The notes under the pieces were generated by a model, which had not been told where the DNA came from, did not search any database, and saw only the letters and a list, made by a program, of their open reading frames with translations. A program made the position numbers and the translations under genes. A DNA stretch of 64,000 nucleotides from Bdellovibrionales bacterium (GTDB lineage: Bacteria; Bdellovibrionota; Bdellovibrionia; Bdellovibrionales; UBA1609), in the NCBI GenBank assembly GCA_027317865.1, contig DAHVQG010000003.1, positions 148,207 through 212,206 of the forward strand, given 5' to 3'. Below are positions 17,843-26,755 of this stretch, one piece after another; position 1 is the stretch's first letter; each line of letters opens with the position of its first letter.

Positions 17843-20237
17843 GCTCGATCCAGGTTACGCCATCGCCACCTGTTTCTTTAGTTCCGGCTTGCCATTTTTT
17901 TACATACACGCTTCGCGATAGATAAGTGCGCACGCCACGTTTCAACATATCGGCTGCGCCATGACCGTGAATGATCTTGACTCGATCGACATTGCCAAGA
18001 GCCGCGGCATCCAATTGTATTTCAAGTGTTGAAATTGCTTCTTCTACCGTGAGGCCGCGCAAGTCGACTACTCGATCAGTCTCAGCTGATTTTGATACAA
18101 ATCCCGATGTTTTACCCAACCATTTCGAAATGGTACCGCTATCCGCAGAAGGGTTAAGGTCTCGCCATGAAATCATCAAACGCATTGAACTCGATAAAAC
18201 CGGGACATCGCCCTTTGAATTCGGACGCCCTTGCACAATTCCGTTGCGGTCTAGGCTTTTGATATAGACCCCGGTGCCAGGCGGGCATTGCCGCGAAAAA
18301 TCATCGGCAGAAGCAAAAGCACCGCTGGCCGTTTTTTTAATCCGATTACCAGAGGGCGCTGTTTCGCCGGCTTTGATGATTGTCGGGAGTTCTTGTTTGA
18401 TTTGCGACAAGCGTTCGTGGCGGCTAAAGATCTCCTGAGCCTTAGTTTCTTGAATAAGACTCTCGATTCGAGCCTCGGCTTTCTTGAGCTCTTTTTGAAG
18501 CATTTCGTCTTTCTCTTTTTCAAATTTTTCACGTGCCAGTTCGAGCTCGGAGCGCGATTTTTCAGCCTCCATTTGTCGCGCGCGAACGTCATCGTTCAGG
18601 TTAAGCAAATCTTTTTTCATTTGTTCGATTTCGCTCAGCGCGTTTTGGTATTGCCTGGCTTCAGGGCTCAAATAATGTTTCGCTCGATCGACAATAGTTC
18701 GGTCAACGCCAATCCGTTCAGCGGTTTGCAGCGCAAGCGATGGTCCGGGAACGCCCATAATAAAGCGATACGTCGGTCCACGTTTTTGGTTAAATTCGAG
18801 ACTGCCATTGATAACACCATCCGGCCAACCGTGCTTGAGCGCGCCAAGGTGAGATGTGATGACTCCAAAAGAAGCGTTGTCTTTATACCGATCGATAAAA
18901 CTTCGCGCTAGAGCGGCGCCCTCTTCAGGGTCGGTTGAACCGCAAATTTCGTCAATCAGAACGAGCGTATCTTCGCCTTGCACGTTGGCTGCGCGTTCGA
19001 GCGCGCGCAAATGCGCGGCAAAAGTACTCAGATTGGCGTCGACGCTTTGCGAGTCACCGAGGGCGACGACCATCGTGCTAAAAAACGGCAGCCGTGAACC
19101 ATCGGATGCGCAAATGAAAAGCCCGGCGCGTGCCATTTGAGCGGCTAAACCAACGGCCTTCAGTAGAACTGTTTTGCCTCCGGCATTAGGCCCGGATAGT
19201 AATAAAATTCGTCTCTCGGGCGCGAGTTCGACCGTATTAGCAACGACTGGTACCCCGTTTATAACTAAAAGAGGATGGCGCAAATCACGCAGATATAAAC
19301 CAGCTATTGAAGCGTTACTGTCTGATAATTCTTCCGGATTCGCATTTGTAAATTCGCACGTGGTCGCTTGCATGAGTTCCGCGATTTTGGCCTGAGCGAG
19401 CCGTGCGTCCGCATTCAGCATAATTTGCTTTGAATCTTCAAACTGAAACCGCAATGTGGCTAAATATTTCGATAGCTCCGTGAGCAAGCGCTCGATCTCT
19501 TCTTCGATGGCGATCTCAATTTCGCGCAACCGGTTATTGATCGGGATGGTCTCTTGCGGCTCCATAAATACTGTTTGTTTGGTTTGGCTCGAGTCATGAA
19601 TGATCCCTTCAAAACCGTGCTGCATTCCACTTTTGATCGGTAAAACCCAGCGGCCTTCGCGCGTCGTCACGTAACGGTCTTGTACCAGGTGTTCAATTTG
19701 AAAACTCTTAACCAGCCGATCGAGAATCAGTTGTACTTGTCGGGCGAGTTGCGTCTTCTCGGCGTTGAGTTGATAAAGGCGTTCACTCGCGTCGGTTCGA
19801 ATGTCGCCGGCTGGTGTTAAAATTTGATCAATTGCCGCAAGCGGTTCATCGGCCCGCATCAGTTTTTCGTGGACGTCGCGCAGCGAGGAGATCGCCATTT
19901 CTTCAATAACTTCACGAAGAGTGACGACTTCTTGGCAAAAATGACGAACGTCTTTAAGTTCAATTGTGCGCAATACCGCGTTTCGGGCAAGGCGTTGATG
20001 CCATTGCGTAAACAAATCGAGGCTGGTCATTTGTGGGCGCATACCCGCGGCCAAAAGCCGTGACCACGATTCAATTTCACGCATGGATTGACGGGCCTCT
20101 TGCGGCGACGAAAGAGCCCGAAGTCCGCGAATTTTTTCGCGAGTCAGGTCGGCCGTCGCAAAAGTGGCCAGCCGAGCGAGGAGCTCTTGCCAGTCCAAGC
20201 TGATCGATTCATCGACTGAAAGCGGCGTAACCGTCAT
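17835..20237 (-). CDS. mutS2: Endonuclease MutS2 (MutS-family ATPase with C-terminal Smr domain)
   Basis: The 800-aa ORF has Walker A LLSGPNAGGKTVLLK and the segment LVLIDEICGSTDPEEG. The C-terminal Smr region is LRGLTVEEA...VKIIHGHG. Confidence 0.93.
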   Translation of the reverse strand: MTVTPLSVDESISLDWQELLARLATFATADLTREKIRGLRALSSPQEARQSMREIESWSRLLAAGMRPQMTSLDLFTQWHQRLARNAVLRTIELKDVRHFCQEVVTLREVIEEMAISSLRDVHEKLMRADEPLAAIDQILTPAGDIRTDASERLYQLNAEKTQLARQVQLILDRLVKSFQIEHLVQDRYVTTREGRWVLPIKSGMQHGFEGIIHDSSQTKQTVFMEPQETIPINNRLREIEIAIEEEIERLLTELSKYLATLRFQFEDSKQIMLNADARLAQAKIAELMQATTCEFTNANPEELSDSNASIAGLYLRDLRHPLLVINGVPVVANTVELAPERRILLLSGPNAGGKTVLLKAVGLAAQMARAGLFICASDGSRLPFFSTMVVALGDSQSVDANLSTFAAHLRALERAANVQGEDTLVLIDEICGSTDPEEGAALARSFIDRYKDNASFGVITSHLGALKHGWPDGVINGSLEFNQKRGPTYRFIMGVPGPSLALQTAERIGVDRTIVDRAKHYLSPEARQYQNALSEIEQMKKDLLNLNDDVRARQMEAEKSRSELELAREKFEKEKDEMLQKELKKAEARIESLIQETKAQEIFSRHERLSQIKQELPTIIKAGETAPSGNRIKKTASGAFASADDFSRQCPPGTGVYIKSLDRNGIVQGRPNSKGDVPVLSSSMRLMISWRDLNPSADSGTISKWLGKTSGFVSKSAETDRVVDLRGLTVEEAISTLEIQLDAAALGNVDRVKIIHGHGAADMLKRGVRTYLSRSVYVKKWQAGTKETGGDGVTWIELK

Positions 20238-21943
20238 GCCTTGTTACCCAGATCGGATGTATCAGCGCCGTTTTTATAACCGCGCGTAAAGATCACAATG
20301 CCAAATAAAAGTACGAAGAGCGCGTGAAGCAGCCACGGAAACTTTTGATAGCCCGTCGCCGAAGGGTGTTTTAGATACGGAATTCGATAAACTCCATACC
20401 ATTCTTTGTAAATCGGCGATGCCTTTTGTGTTCCGGTTGCCGTACCTAAAACTTTGCCGTTCGGGAGCATGACTCCCGAAATGCCGGTGTTGGTTGAGCG
20501 AACCATCGGGCGTCCGTATTCAACGGCCCGAGCTAGTGTCATATAGAAATTTTGATACGGTTCTTGCCAGTCGCCGTACCACGAGTCGTTATTAATATTG
20601 ACGAAAATTTGCGCTCCTTTATTCGCAATACCTCGAGCAAAACTTGAAAATATTCCTTCGTAGCAGATTTCCGGGCCCACTTTCAAGACCGTAAATGGAG
20701 GAATATGATCATTTTGCGGAAGTGGCAATTTTTTAACAACCGGACCCGGTCCACGCGCGAAATCGGCGGCGGGTATCCACTGGTACAATTTAGGGAACCA
20801 ATTGCCGAACGGGATGTACTCGCCAAACGCCAGTAAATCAGTTTTGTAATACGGATCTGGTTGAATCGTGTTGTTGCTCTGCACGATATAGAACGTGTTG
20901 GTCGGTTTGTTGTCTTTGGGGGAATATCCAAAACCGCCCACTAAAAACTGCGCATTACTTGCGTGGGCTAAATTGAGAAGGGGCTGAGCGGTTTGAGGAT
21001 AATTCGGTTGAATCTGCCACATCCGTTGATCGAGTGGATAGGGATAGGCCGTTTCGGGCCAAACAACAAAATCGACTGTGACGTGATTTTTTGCGGCGTC
21101 AGCCAAGCCGGCTTTGGTTTCACTTTCAAATTTATTTAAAATGTAATTGCGAAACCCCCAACCGTATTCGGCGTAAATCTTATCGAGGTTGCCGATATTC
21201 GCTTGAACAATGAGCGCATTCACTTTGGCATCGGGTTTCGGCAGCGACTTCAAAAGCGCATATCCAGCCAAATTAAATAAAACCACCACAGTCACAAGCG
21301 CCATTGCGGCTCGACGCCCCACTTTTTCGCGCCAATGAAAAATCACAAGAAAACTTAAAGCGTTGAGCAAAATCACAATGTCACTAAGGCCCTTAAAGCC
21401 GATCAGCTCGGCGACTTGAGCCACAGGCCAATGCATCCAAAGAAACGGATAGCCGTAATTCCATTCAAAAATCGTGGGGTACCAATCTTTGGCAAATAGA
21501 GTGCATATCGCAATTAGAATGAGATGGCGTCCTAAATTACGTTTGTTGATCTCAAAGTGTAGAATTTTTTGGGTAATCAACCACCACGCTAATCCGGCGA
21601 TTGCAACGTCGAGATTGGCAAATGAACAAAATCCGATAAACCCCAGTGTTGAAATCCACCAAGGCATCATTCCAAAAACATGAATGGTGTGAAGGACCCA
21701 ATCGAATCCGATTACGGTAAGAACAAACTGCGCAACCCAGCCGGCGATAAAGACCTGGCGCCAATTTTTGGCACGAAGCCAGAGCCACCACAGGGGAACG
21801 AATGCAAACAAACTCGCCCATGGCGGGAATGGAATGTAACTAAATCCGATAAAAATACCGGTGAGCACTGCCGGTTGGTAAAACCAGCAAGTTTGCCCAA
21901 CTTTCTTTAATAGCGATCGAATTGACCATTTTGTGGTTGCCAT
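20234..21943 (-). CDS. lnt: Apolipoprotein N-acyltransferase
   Basis: It has a multi-TM N-terminal half and a CN-hydrolase C-terminal half (VVWPETA, LLAFGEYIPFG, PEICYE). ATG 21943 (MATTKW...) is preferred over the 22042 start, which would overlap the divergent gene. Its stop TGA overlaps the mutS2 ATG (ATGA at 20234-20237). Confidence 0.85.
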   Translation of the reverse strand: MATTKWSIRSLLKKVGQTCWFYQPAVLTGIFIGFSYIPFPPWASLFAFVPLWWLWLRAKNWRQVFIAGWVAQFVLTVIGFDWVLHTIHVFGMMPWWISTLGFIGFCSFANLDVAIAGLAWWLITQKILHFEINKRNLGRHLILIAICTLFAKDWYPTIFEWNYGYPFLWMHWPVAQVAELIGFKGLSDIVILLNALSFLVIFHWREKVGRRAAMALVTVVVLFNLAGYALLKSLPKPDAKVNALIVQANIGNLDKIYAEYGWGFRNYILNKFESETKAGLADAAKNHVTVDFVVWPETAYPYPLDQRMWQIQPNYPQTAQPLLNLAHASNAQFLVGGFGYSPKDNKPTNTFYIVQSNNTIQPDPYYKTDLLAFGEYIPFGNWFPKLYQWIPAADFARGPGPVVKKLPLPQNDHIPPFTVLKVGPEICYEGIFSSFARGIANKGAQIFVNINNDSWYGDWQEPYQNFYMTLARAVEYGRPMVRSTNTGISGVMLPNGKVLGTATGTQKASPIYKEWYGVYRIPYLKHPSATGYQKFPWLLHALFVLLFGIVIFTRGYKNGADTSDLGNKA

Positions 21944-22008
21944 CGGCTTTAAGATTAAAGCAAAATAAAACAAAATGGAAATCCAACCGTAATGGACACC
22001 CAACTGTA

Positions 22009-22818
22009 ATGGACACTGAACCCCAAATTTTATCGACGTCACTACTTAAAATCCGCTGTCCGAAGTGTCTGAAATTGTATGCCGTTAATCGGGCTGAAAT
22101 GCATGAAACCCGCCCTAAGTTTCAGTGCCGTGCGTGTCATGAGAAATTTTGGGTGACGGCGGTTGATGTTGCAAAAAATGACGAAGAGGTCATGGGCTTT
22201 CCGATGGATTGGCTTGCGACAACAGTTGACGCGCCAGCCGTACTCGATGATCGGGCGTATTCGTGCCCAAAGTGCGGCGAGCCTTATTCAGCCGGGCAGC
22301 ACGAGTGTACGAAGTGCGGGCTCGTATTTATTAAATTTGTTGAACGGAATTTAGTTGAGCAAAAAACTATTCCAGATGAAGGGATTAGCGCTCCTAGTGA
22401 AGTTAAGCAGGCGTGGGATGAGGTCGTGGCTCGGTACGACGAATCTTCGGTGCATAATAAATTTATAGAACTTGCGAATCGGTACGACTGTTTGGACTAC
22501 GCGGCCAAGCGGTATGCGACGATTCTCGAAACATGCCCAGGTGATGATCGGGCGGCAAAAGCCCAACAAGAGATCATTGCTCTTACTACAACGCGATTTG
22601 AGAGCCGTACATTACCGGAGAAAGACGCCTCTTCAAATTGGTTCGAGCGTATTGACCTTTTTATGCGCGGCATGCGGTTTACATCACTCGTTCTTATTTT
22701 ATGCGGAATTGTGATTACCATGGGTGTGTTGTTACCAAGCGAACGTAATTTAGTTGGTATTGGTTCTTCGGTTTTATTTTTTATTTTAACGTTGCGGTAT
22801 TATTTTCGGGTTATATAG
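22009..22818 (+). CDS. Double zinc-ribbon (MJ0042-type) protein with C-terminal transmembrane segments
   Basis: The start is taken at ATG 22009 (MDTEPQ...). There are two CxxC...CxxC ribbons (CPKCLKLY...CRACHEKF and CPKCGEPY...CTKCGLVF). The C-terminal hydrophobic helices are FTSLVLILCGIVITMGVLL and VGIGSSVLFFILTL. Confidence 0.6.
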   Translation: MDTEPQILSTSLLKIRCPKCLKLYAVNRAEMHETRPKFQCRACHEKFWVTAVDVAKNDEEVMGFPMDWLATTVDAPAVLDDRAYSCPKCGEPYSAGQHECTKCGLVFIKFVERNLVEQKTIPDEGISAPSEVKQAWDEVVARYDESSVHNKFIELANRYDCLDYAAKRYATILETCPGDDRAAKAQQEIIALTTTRFESRTLPEKDASSNWFERIDLFMRGMRFTSLVLILCGIVITMGVLLPSERNLVGIGSSVLFFILTLRYYFRVI

Positions 22819-22845
22819 ACTTTTCAAAGACCTGTGCCGTAAGAG

Positions 22846-23787
22846 GTGGCAGTGGCCTCGACCGGAATAACTTCCATTAAAAAACACGAAAAACGTATTC
22901 TCGTTGTCGAAGACGATCCGTCTGTTTTATTGGTGATCAAAGAGGCGCTGGCTCAAGAGCGGTATGTGACTGAGCAAGCGACAACGGCTTCGGGCGCGTT
23001 CGAAAAAATAGCGTCGTTTCAACCTCATTTGGTTTTAACGGATCATGAAATGCCCGGTAAAACCGGGCTTGAGATGCTTCACGAATTGCGTAAGCAACAG
23101 AACTATGTGACCGTGCTTTTTATTTCGGGCAAGACCGATCCTAAACTTATCGCCGATGTTTTGCGCGCCGGAGCGGATGATTTCATTAAAAAGCCTTTTC
23201 GCATGGATGAACTGTTAGCGCGTGTCGAAGTCGCGATGCGAGTCAATGAAGTTCATCAGCACTTGCTTGCGGCTAATCAGCGGCTTCTCGAACTGGTGGA
23301 ACTTGATGATTTGACAGGGCTCTACAATATGCGCTCGATGTACGACAAGATCGACGTGGAAATTAAACGTGCGCGACGGTTCGGTCGTTACGTCGGTTGC
23401 GTCATGGTTGATTTGGATCATTTTAAACTAATTAATGATAAACACGATCATTTATTCGGCAGCCAGGTAATAAAATTGGTCGGGCACTTGGTTAAAAGAT
23501 CGATTCGCGATATTGATTTTGCCGCTCGTTACGGCGGCGACGAGTTTCTGGTGATATTGACCGAGACCACACCTGAAGGAGTGCATACGTTCACCGAACG
23601 AATGCGCGCCAAAATCGAATCCGAGAAATTTGAATTCGACGGGCAGTTCGCCACTCTAACCGCTAGCCTTGGCTATTCAGTTGGCGGGACAAGCGACCCC
23701 CGAGAAGCCCGCGATCTAGTACGATCCGCCGATCGCGCGCTCTATAAAGCGAAAGAGGCGGGACGCAATCGCATCGAAGGCGAGTGA
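22846..23787 (+). CDS. Response-regulator receiver fused to a GGDEF diguanylate cyclase, with an RxxD I-site
   Basis: It starts at GTG. The REC domain reads ILVVEDDP...LVLTDHEMPGKTG...KKPF. The GGDEF domain has RYGGDEF, and RDID lies five residues upstream as the I-site. Confidence 0.9.
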   Translation: MAVASTGITSIKKHEKRILVVEDDPSVLLVIKEALAQERYVTEQATTASGAFEKIASFQPHLVLTDHEMPGKTGLEMLHELRKQQNYVTVLFISGKTDPKLIADVLRAGADDFIKKPFRMDELLARVEVAMRVNEVHQHLLAANQRLLELVELDDLTGLYNMRSMYDKIDVEIKRARRFGRYVGCVMVDLDHFKLINDKHDHLFGSQVIKLVGHLVKRSIRDIDFAARYGGDEFLVILTETTPEGVHTFTERMRAKIESEKFEFDGQFATLTASLGYSVGGTSDPREARDLVRSADRALYKAKEAGRNRIEGE

Positions 23788-23802
23788 GAGACGCGCAACG
23801 TT

Positions 23803-25011
23803 TTAACTTTGGTTTGCGCGCTTAAAGATTGCTCTAACGCTCGCGCCGATGACTTCTCCGTTTTTACCTAAACGATTCGAAGGGATCACTTTGCCATCGT
23901 GAAGCTGCGCAATTGTTTTTACGACAACCGACCCAAGCCCTACTGAAATTCGACCGCCCGCTTTCGCATCAATAAATCGAGTTGTGCGTCGTTCGCCGTA
24001 GTCTTTAAGTGCTTGTGCGGAAAACCCTGGCCCGTCATCGTTCACAAATACTTCGACGTGATCGCCGAGTTTGTAGTCGATTGTGATTTCGTTCCGGGCA
24101 AAACTGAATGCATTTTGAAGCAGGTTTCGAAAAACCCGCTTCAACAATAGTGCGTTACCATTGACGATTGCCGGCGTGGCCGGAGCGTTATTGCGAACTT
24201 GAAGCATTGTCTTCGTTTTTAACTGTTGTGTATCGAAAACTTCGAGTTCGTCTTCTATAATTTCCGTTACGTCGACGGACGTTTTGCTGATATCGGTATC
24301 CGCCCCCGCGAGTTGACTCATCAACAATAAGTCATTGACCAAAGTTTCAATATAATTCGCTTCTTTTTGCGACGTCACAACAAGCTCGCGTTTTGAGTCT
24401 TCGGCAAGACGGCCCTGCTCATCGGACAATAAAGATAAATTGTTCTGCATTGAGGCGATCGGCGTTCGTAAATCGTGCGCAAGTTCTTGTAATAAGCGAG
24501 TGCGCGATTTTTCTTTCGATTTCAATTCGTCGAAAAGCTTTTTAAGTAAAACAATTGCCGACAATGCCGACCCCAACAAAAATGCCGAAACAATAGCGAA
24601 TGCAAAAAGTAATATGGGACGATGATATGGCGGATGTGAGCGCTTTTCTAACGATCGGGAATGTTTTGATAAAACATGCGGCCAGCGAGGTGAGAGCGCT
24701 ATATACATCGTGTTTTTGTCGGTCAGTTTTTCAATAATAATGGGCGGCTTGTGGCGCCAAAAGGCGGTGGATTCAGTCCCATTTGGGAGAGTGACCTTAC
24801 TGAGCTTGAAGGGGAGAGGACGATTTGTTGAGCTGCCGGATACCCGTCCGTTTGCATCAAAAACCCAGGCATTAAATTGCGGTGGGTGATGAACAAAATT
24901 CCTTCGGTGCAGTTGAAAAAAAAGTTGAATAATAAAAAAGCTTAAAACCAAAAATAGAGCGGTAAACCCGAGACTGATAATCAAATATTTTCTCAGAAGC
25001 GGCAGCTTCAT
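23803..25011 (-). CDS. Sensor histidine kinase (two N-terminal TM segments, HisKA + HATPase_c)
   Basis: The 402-aa ORF has the H-box LAHDLRTPIASM, N-box LLQNAFSFA and G-box DDGPGF...GLGSVVVK. It overlaps the upstream RR gene by 4 nt. Confidence 0.88.
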   Translation of the reverse strand: MKLPLLRKYLIISLGFTALFLVLSFFIIQLFFQLHRRNFVHHPPQFNAWVFDANGRVSGSSTNRPLPFKLSKVTLPNGTESTAFWRHKPPIIIEKLTDKNTMYIALSPRWPHVLSKHSRSLEKRSHPPYHRPILLFAFAIVSAFLLGSALSAIVLLKKLFDELKSKEKSRTRLLQELAHDLRTPIASMQNNLSLLSDEQGRLAEDSKRELVVTSQKEANYIETLVNDLLLMSQLAGADTDISKTSVDVTEIIEDELEVFDTQQLKTKTMLQVRNNAPATPAIVNGNALLLKRVFRNLLQNAFSFARNEITIDYKLGDHVEVFVNDDGPGFSAQALKDYGERRTTRFIDAKAGGRISVGLGSVVVKTIAQLHDGKVIPSNRLGKNGEVIGASVRAIFKRANQS

Positions 25012-25679
25012 TTTTTATCCAAACGATAACCGATACCGTATATCGAACGAATGACAATTTCTTTGAGACCGGCTGCTTTTAGTCGCGTGCGCAGACGGCT
25101 TACGTGAGAATCGATAGTGCGATCGAAAATTTCGCCATCGCGATGAAGTGCCGTGATCAGCGCATCGCGAGTTACGACTGATCCTGAGTGTTCCATTAGG
25201 TATTGTAGTGTATCGAATTCGCGGCGATTGAGGTCCACTTCAACCTTGCCGCAAAACACGCGACGCTGATTGATAACCAAAGTAACGTCGCCAAAGCATA
25301 ATTGCTCGTCGCGCTGGATGGGCTCTTTTAGCGCGTTTTTAATTCTCGCAATTAATATTTTCGGTTTAAACGGCTTTTCGACGTAATCGTTGGCTCCGGC
25401 GCTGAAGCCGGCGAGCACCGCTTCTTCGTGGGTTTGCGCAGTTAAAATTACGACGGGTACGCGCGACTCGGATTTTCGCAGGTGTTTGCAAAATTCGAGT
25501 CCGTTGCCGTCGGGTAAACCGAGATCAAGTAGTACTAAATCGGCCGTCGAATTTTCGTTCGCTTTAAAAGCTGAGGTCAAATCGCGCACCCAAATAACGG
25601 TATGCTTTTCGCTTTCGAGCGTGAGTTGCAAGCTTCGGCCTAGAACAGGGTCATCTTCGACTAAAAGAATTTTGCTCAT
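25008..25679 (-). CDS. OmpR-family response regulator
   Basis: The 223-aa ORF has a REC domain (ILLVEDDP...LVLLDLGLPDGNG...KPF) and a winged-helix C-terminus (YGIGYRL). Confidence 0.92.
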   Translation of the reverse strand: MSKILLVEDDPVLGRSLQLTLESEKHTVIWVRDLTSAFKANENSTADLVLLDLGLPDGNGLEFCKHLRKSESRVPVVILTAQTHEEAVLAGFSAGANDYVEKPFKPKILIARIKNALKEPIQRDEQLCFGDVTLVINQRRVFCGKVEVDLNRREFDTLQYLMEHSGSVVTRDALITALHRDGEIFDRTIDSHVSRLRTRLKAAGLKEIVIRSIYGIGYRLDKK

Positions 25680-25907
25680 TGTTCTGATATATTACTCACA
25701 AATGATTGCAGAAGTGTGGATTTTTTAATCGCGTCTACGTTCAAGTTCATCCATTCAACTGTATCAAAATGAGACGTATTTTTATAATTCCGGCTGAGCC
25801 ATAAAGTCTCAACAGTTTGATGGTAATTTGAACCTAACGCTCCACGAGGAGCCAAACATTCGGCCTAATAAATGCGCGCTAAAAAGCCGAAATAGAAGGA
25901 GTCATAT

Positions 25908-26246
25908 ATGAGTAAAAATAAAATTGTAGTAAGCCTGATGGTCGTATTGTTCGCATTCGGTTCGGCCGTAGCTTTGGGGCAACCGAACCGTCGGCACCAT
26001 CCGCCGTTCGGCTTTTTAATGGGTGCCTGTGTCGCGACAACGATGGCGCAAAACGGTTCGGCGTTTCCGCTGCAGCAAATGATCCAGCATATTCAGCAAA
26101 ACATTCAAAATAAACAAAATGGTAAGCCATTTGTGAAACCAAATTTAGATGCCGCAACTCGTGCGGCCATGAAGGCGGCATTTCAAACATGCCGGGGCGA
26201 ACTGCCCTTTCCGCATTGGCAACATCCAGGAGCAAATAAATCATGA
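25908..26246 (+). CDS. Small exported Gln/His-rich protein, first gene of a three-gene operon
   Basis: The 112-aa ORF has a GAAGGAG SD and the signal MSKNKIVVSLMVVLFAFGSAVALG. Its stop overlaps the next start (ATGA at 26243-26246). Confidence 0.5.
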   Translation: MSKNKIVVSLMVVLFAFGSAVALGQPNRRHHPPFGFLMGACVATTMAQNGSAFPLQQMIQHIQQNIQNKQNGKPFVKPNLDAATRAAMKAAFQTCRGELPFPHWQHPGANKS

Positions 26247-26731
26247 ACGGAAATTTGGCGCGGCTCAAATCATGTATCAGCAAAATCGGTTTTATGATCG
26301 CGGGCGTGGTGGTTTTTGCTGCCGCTCCCGCATACGCTACGCTTGGTGGTTCGGTTGATACCATTCAAACAGATGTTCACGCGCTACACGCACGAGTCAT
26401 CGCCACGCAGCCGCACGCTCTTTACTCGGTTCACGAAATCACCTATGGCGCGACCAAGGTCCGGGAATACGCAAATACAAACGGAATCGTTTTTGCGATC
26501 GCGTGGAACGGGCTTACCCATCCCGATCTGTCGAAACTATTGGGAACATATTATGCCGGCTATAAGGCAAAAATTCAGTCGAGACCGCCGCAGATTAAAG
26601 GTGAACTGCTGCGCACATTGCGCGTCGGCACGTTAGTTGTTCAGATGGGCGGCCACATGCGCGACGTCGTTGGGCGTGCATATGATTCGTCTTTGATACC
26701 ATCTGGGGTTTCGTTAAGCGACATTAAATAA
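26243..26731 (+). CDS. DUF2844-like exported protein
   Basis: The 162-aa ORF has a signal/anchor IGFMIAGVVVFAAAPAYA. The pattern TLGGS...Y.VHE......VREY....G.VFAI.W.G...PDLS.LLG.Y...Y matches my recollection of the DUF2844 family, which is typically adjacent to DUF3443 genes. Confidence 0.55.
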   Translation: MNGNLARLKSCISKIGFMIAGVVVFAAAPAYATLGGSVDTIQTDVHALHARVIATQPHALYSVHEITYGATKVREYANTNGIVFAIAWNGLTHPDLSKLLGTYYAGYKAKIQSRPPQIKGELLRTLRVGTLVVQMGGHMRDVVGRAYDSSLIPSGVSLSDIK

Positions 26732-26755
26732 ATGTGATTTATATGAGGTAAATGC

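Noticed and set aside
16591-18911. Long antisense ORFs lie inside proA (16591-17148, 185 aa) and mutS2 (18288-18911, 207 aa). Similar ones occur inside maeB, fadB, proB, dnaK and dnaE2.
   Set aside because: They lie entirely within well-conserved genes on the opposite strand. They lack SD sequences and have low-complexity, Arg/Ser-rich compositions typical of antisense frames.
20234-22042. The track lists long versions of lnt (start 22042) and of the zinc-ribbon gene (start 21922).
   Set aside because: These versions would overlap each other divergently by 121 nt. The internal starts ATG 21943 (just before the first Lnt TM helix) and ATG 22009 (just before the first zinc ribbon) give standard N-termini and a 65-bp promoter region.
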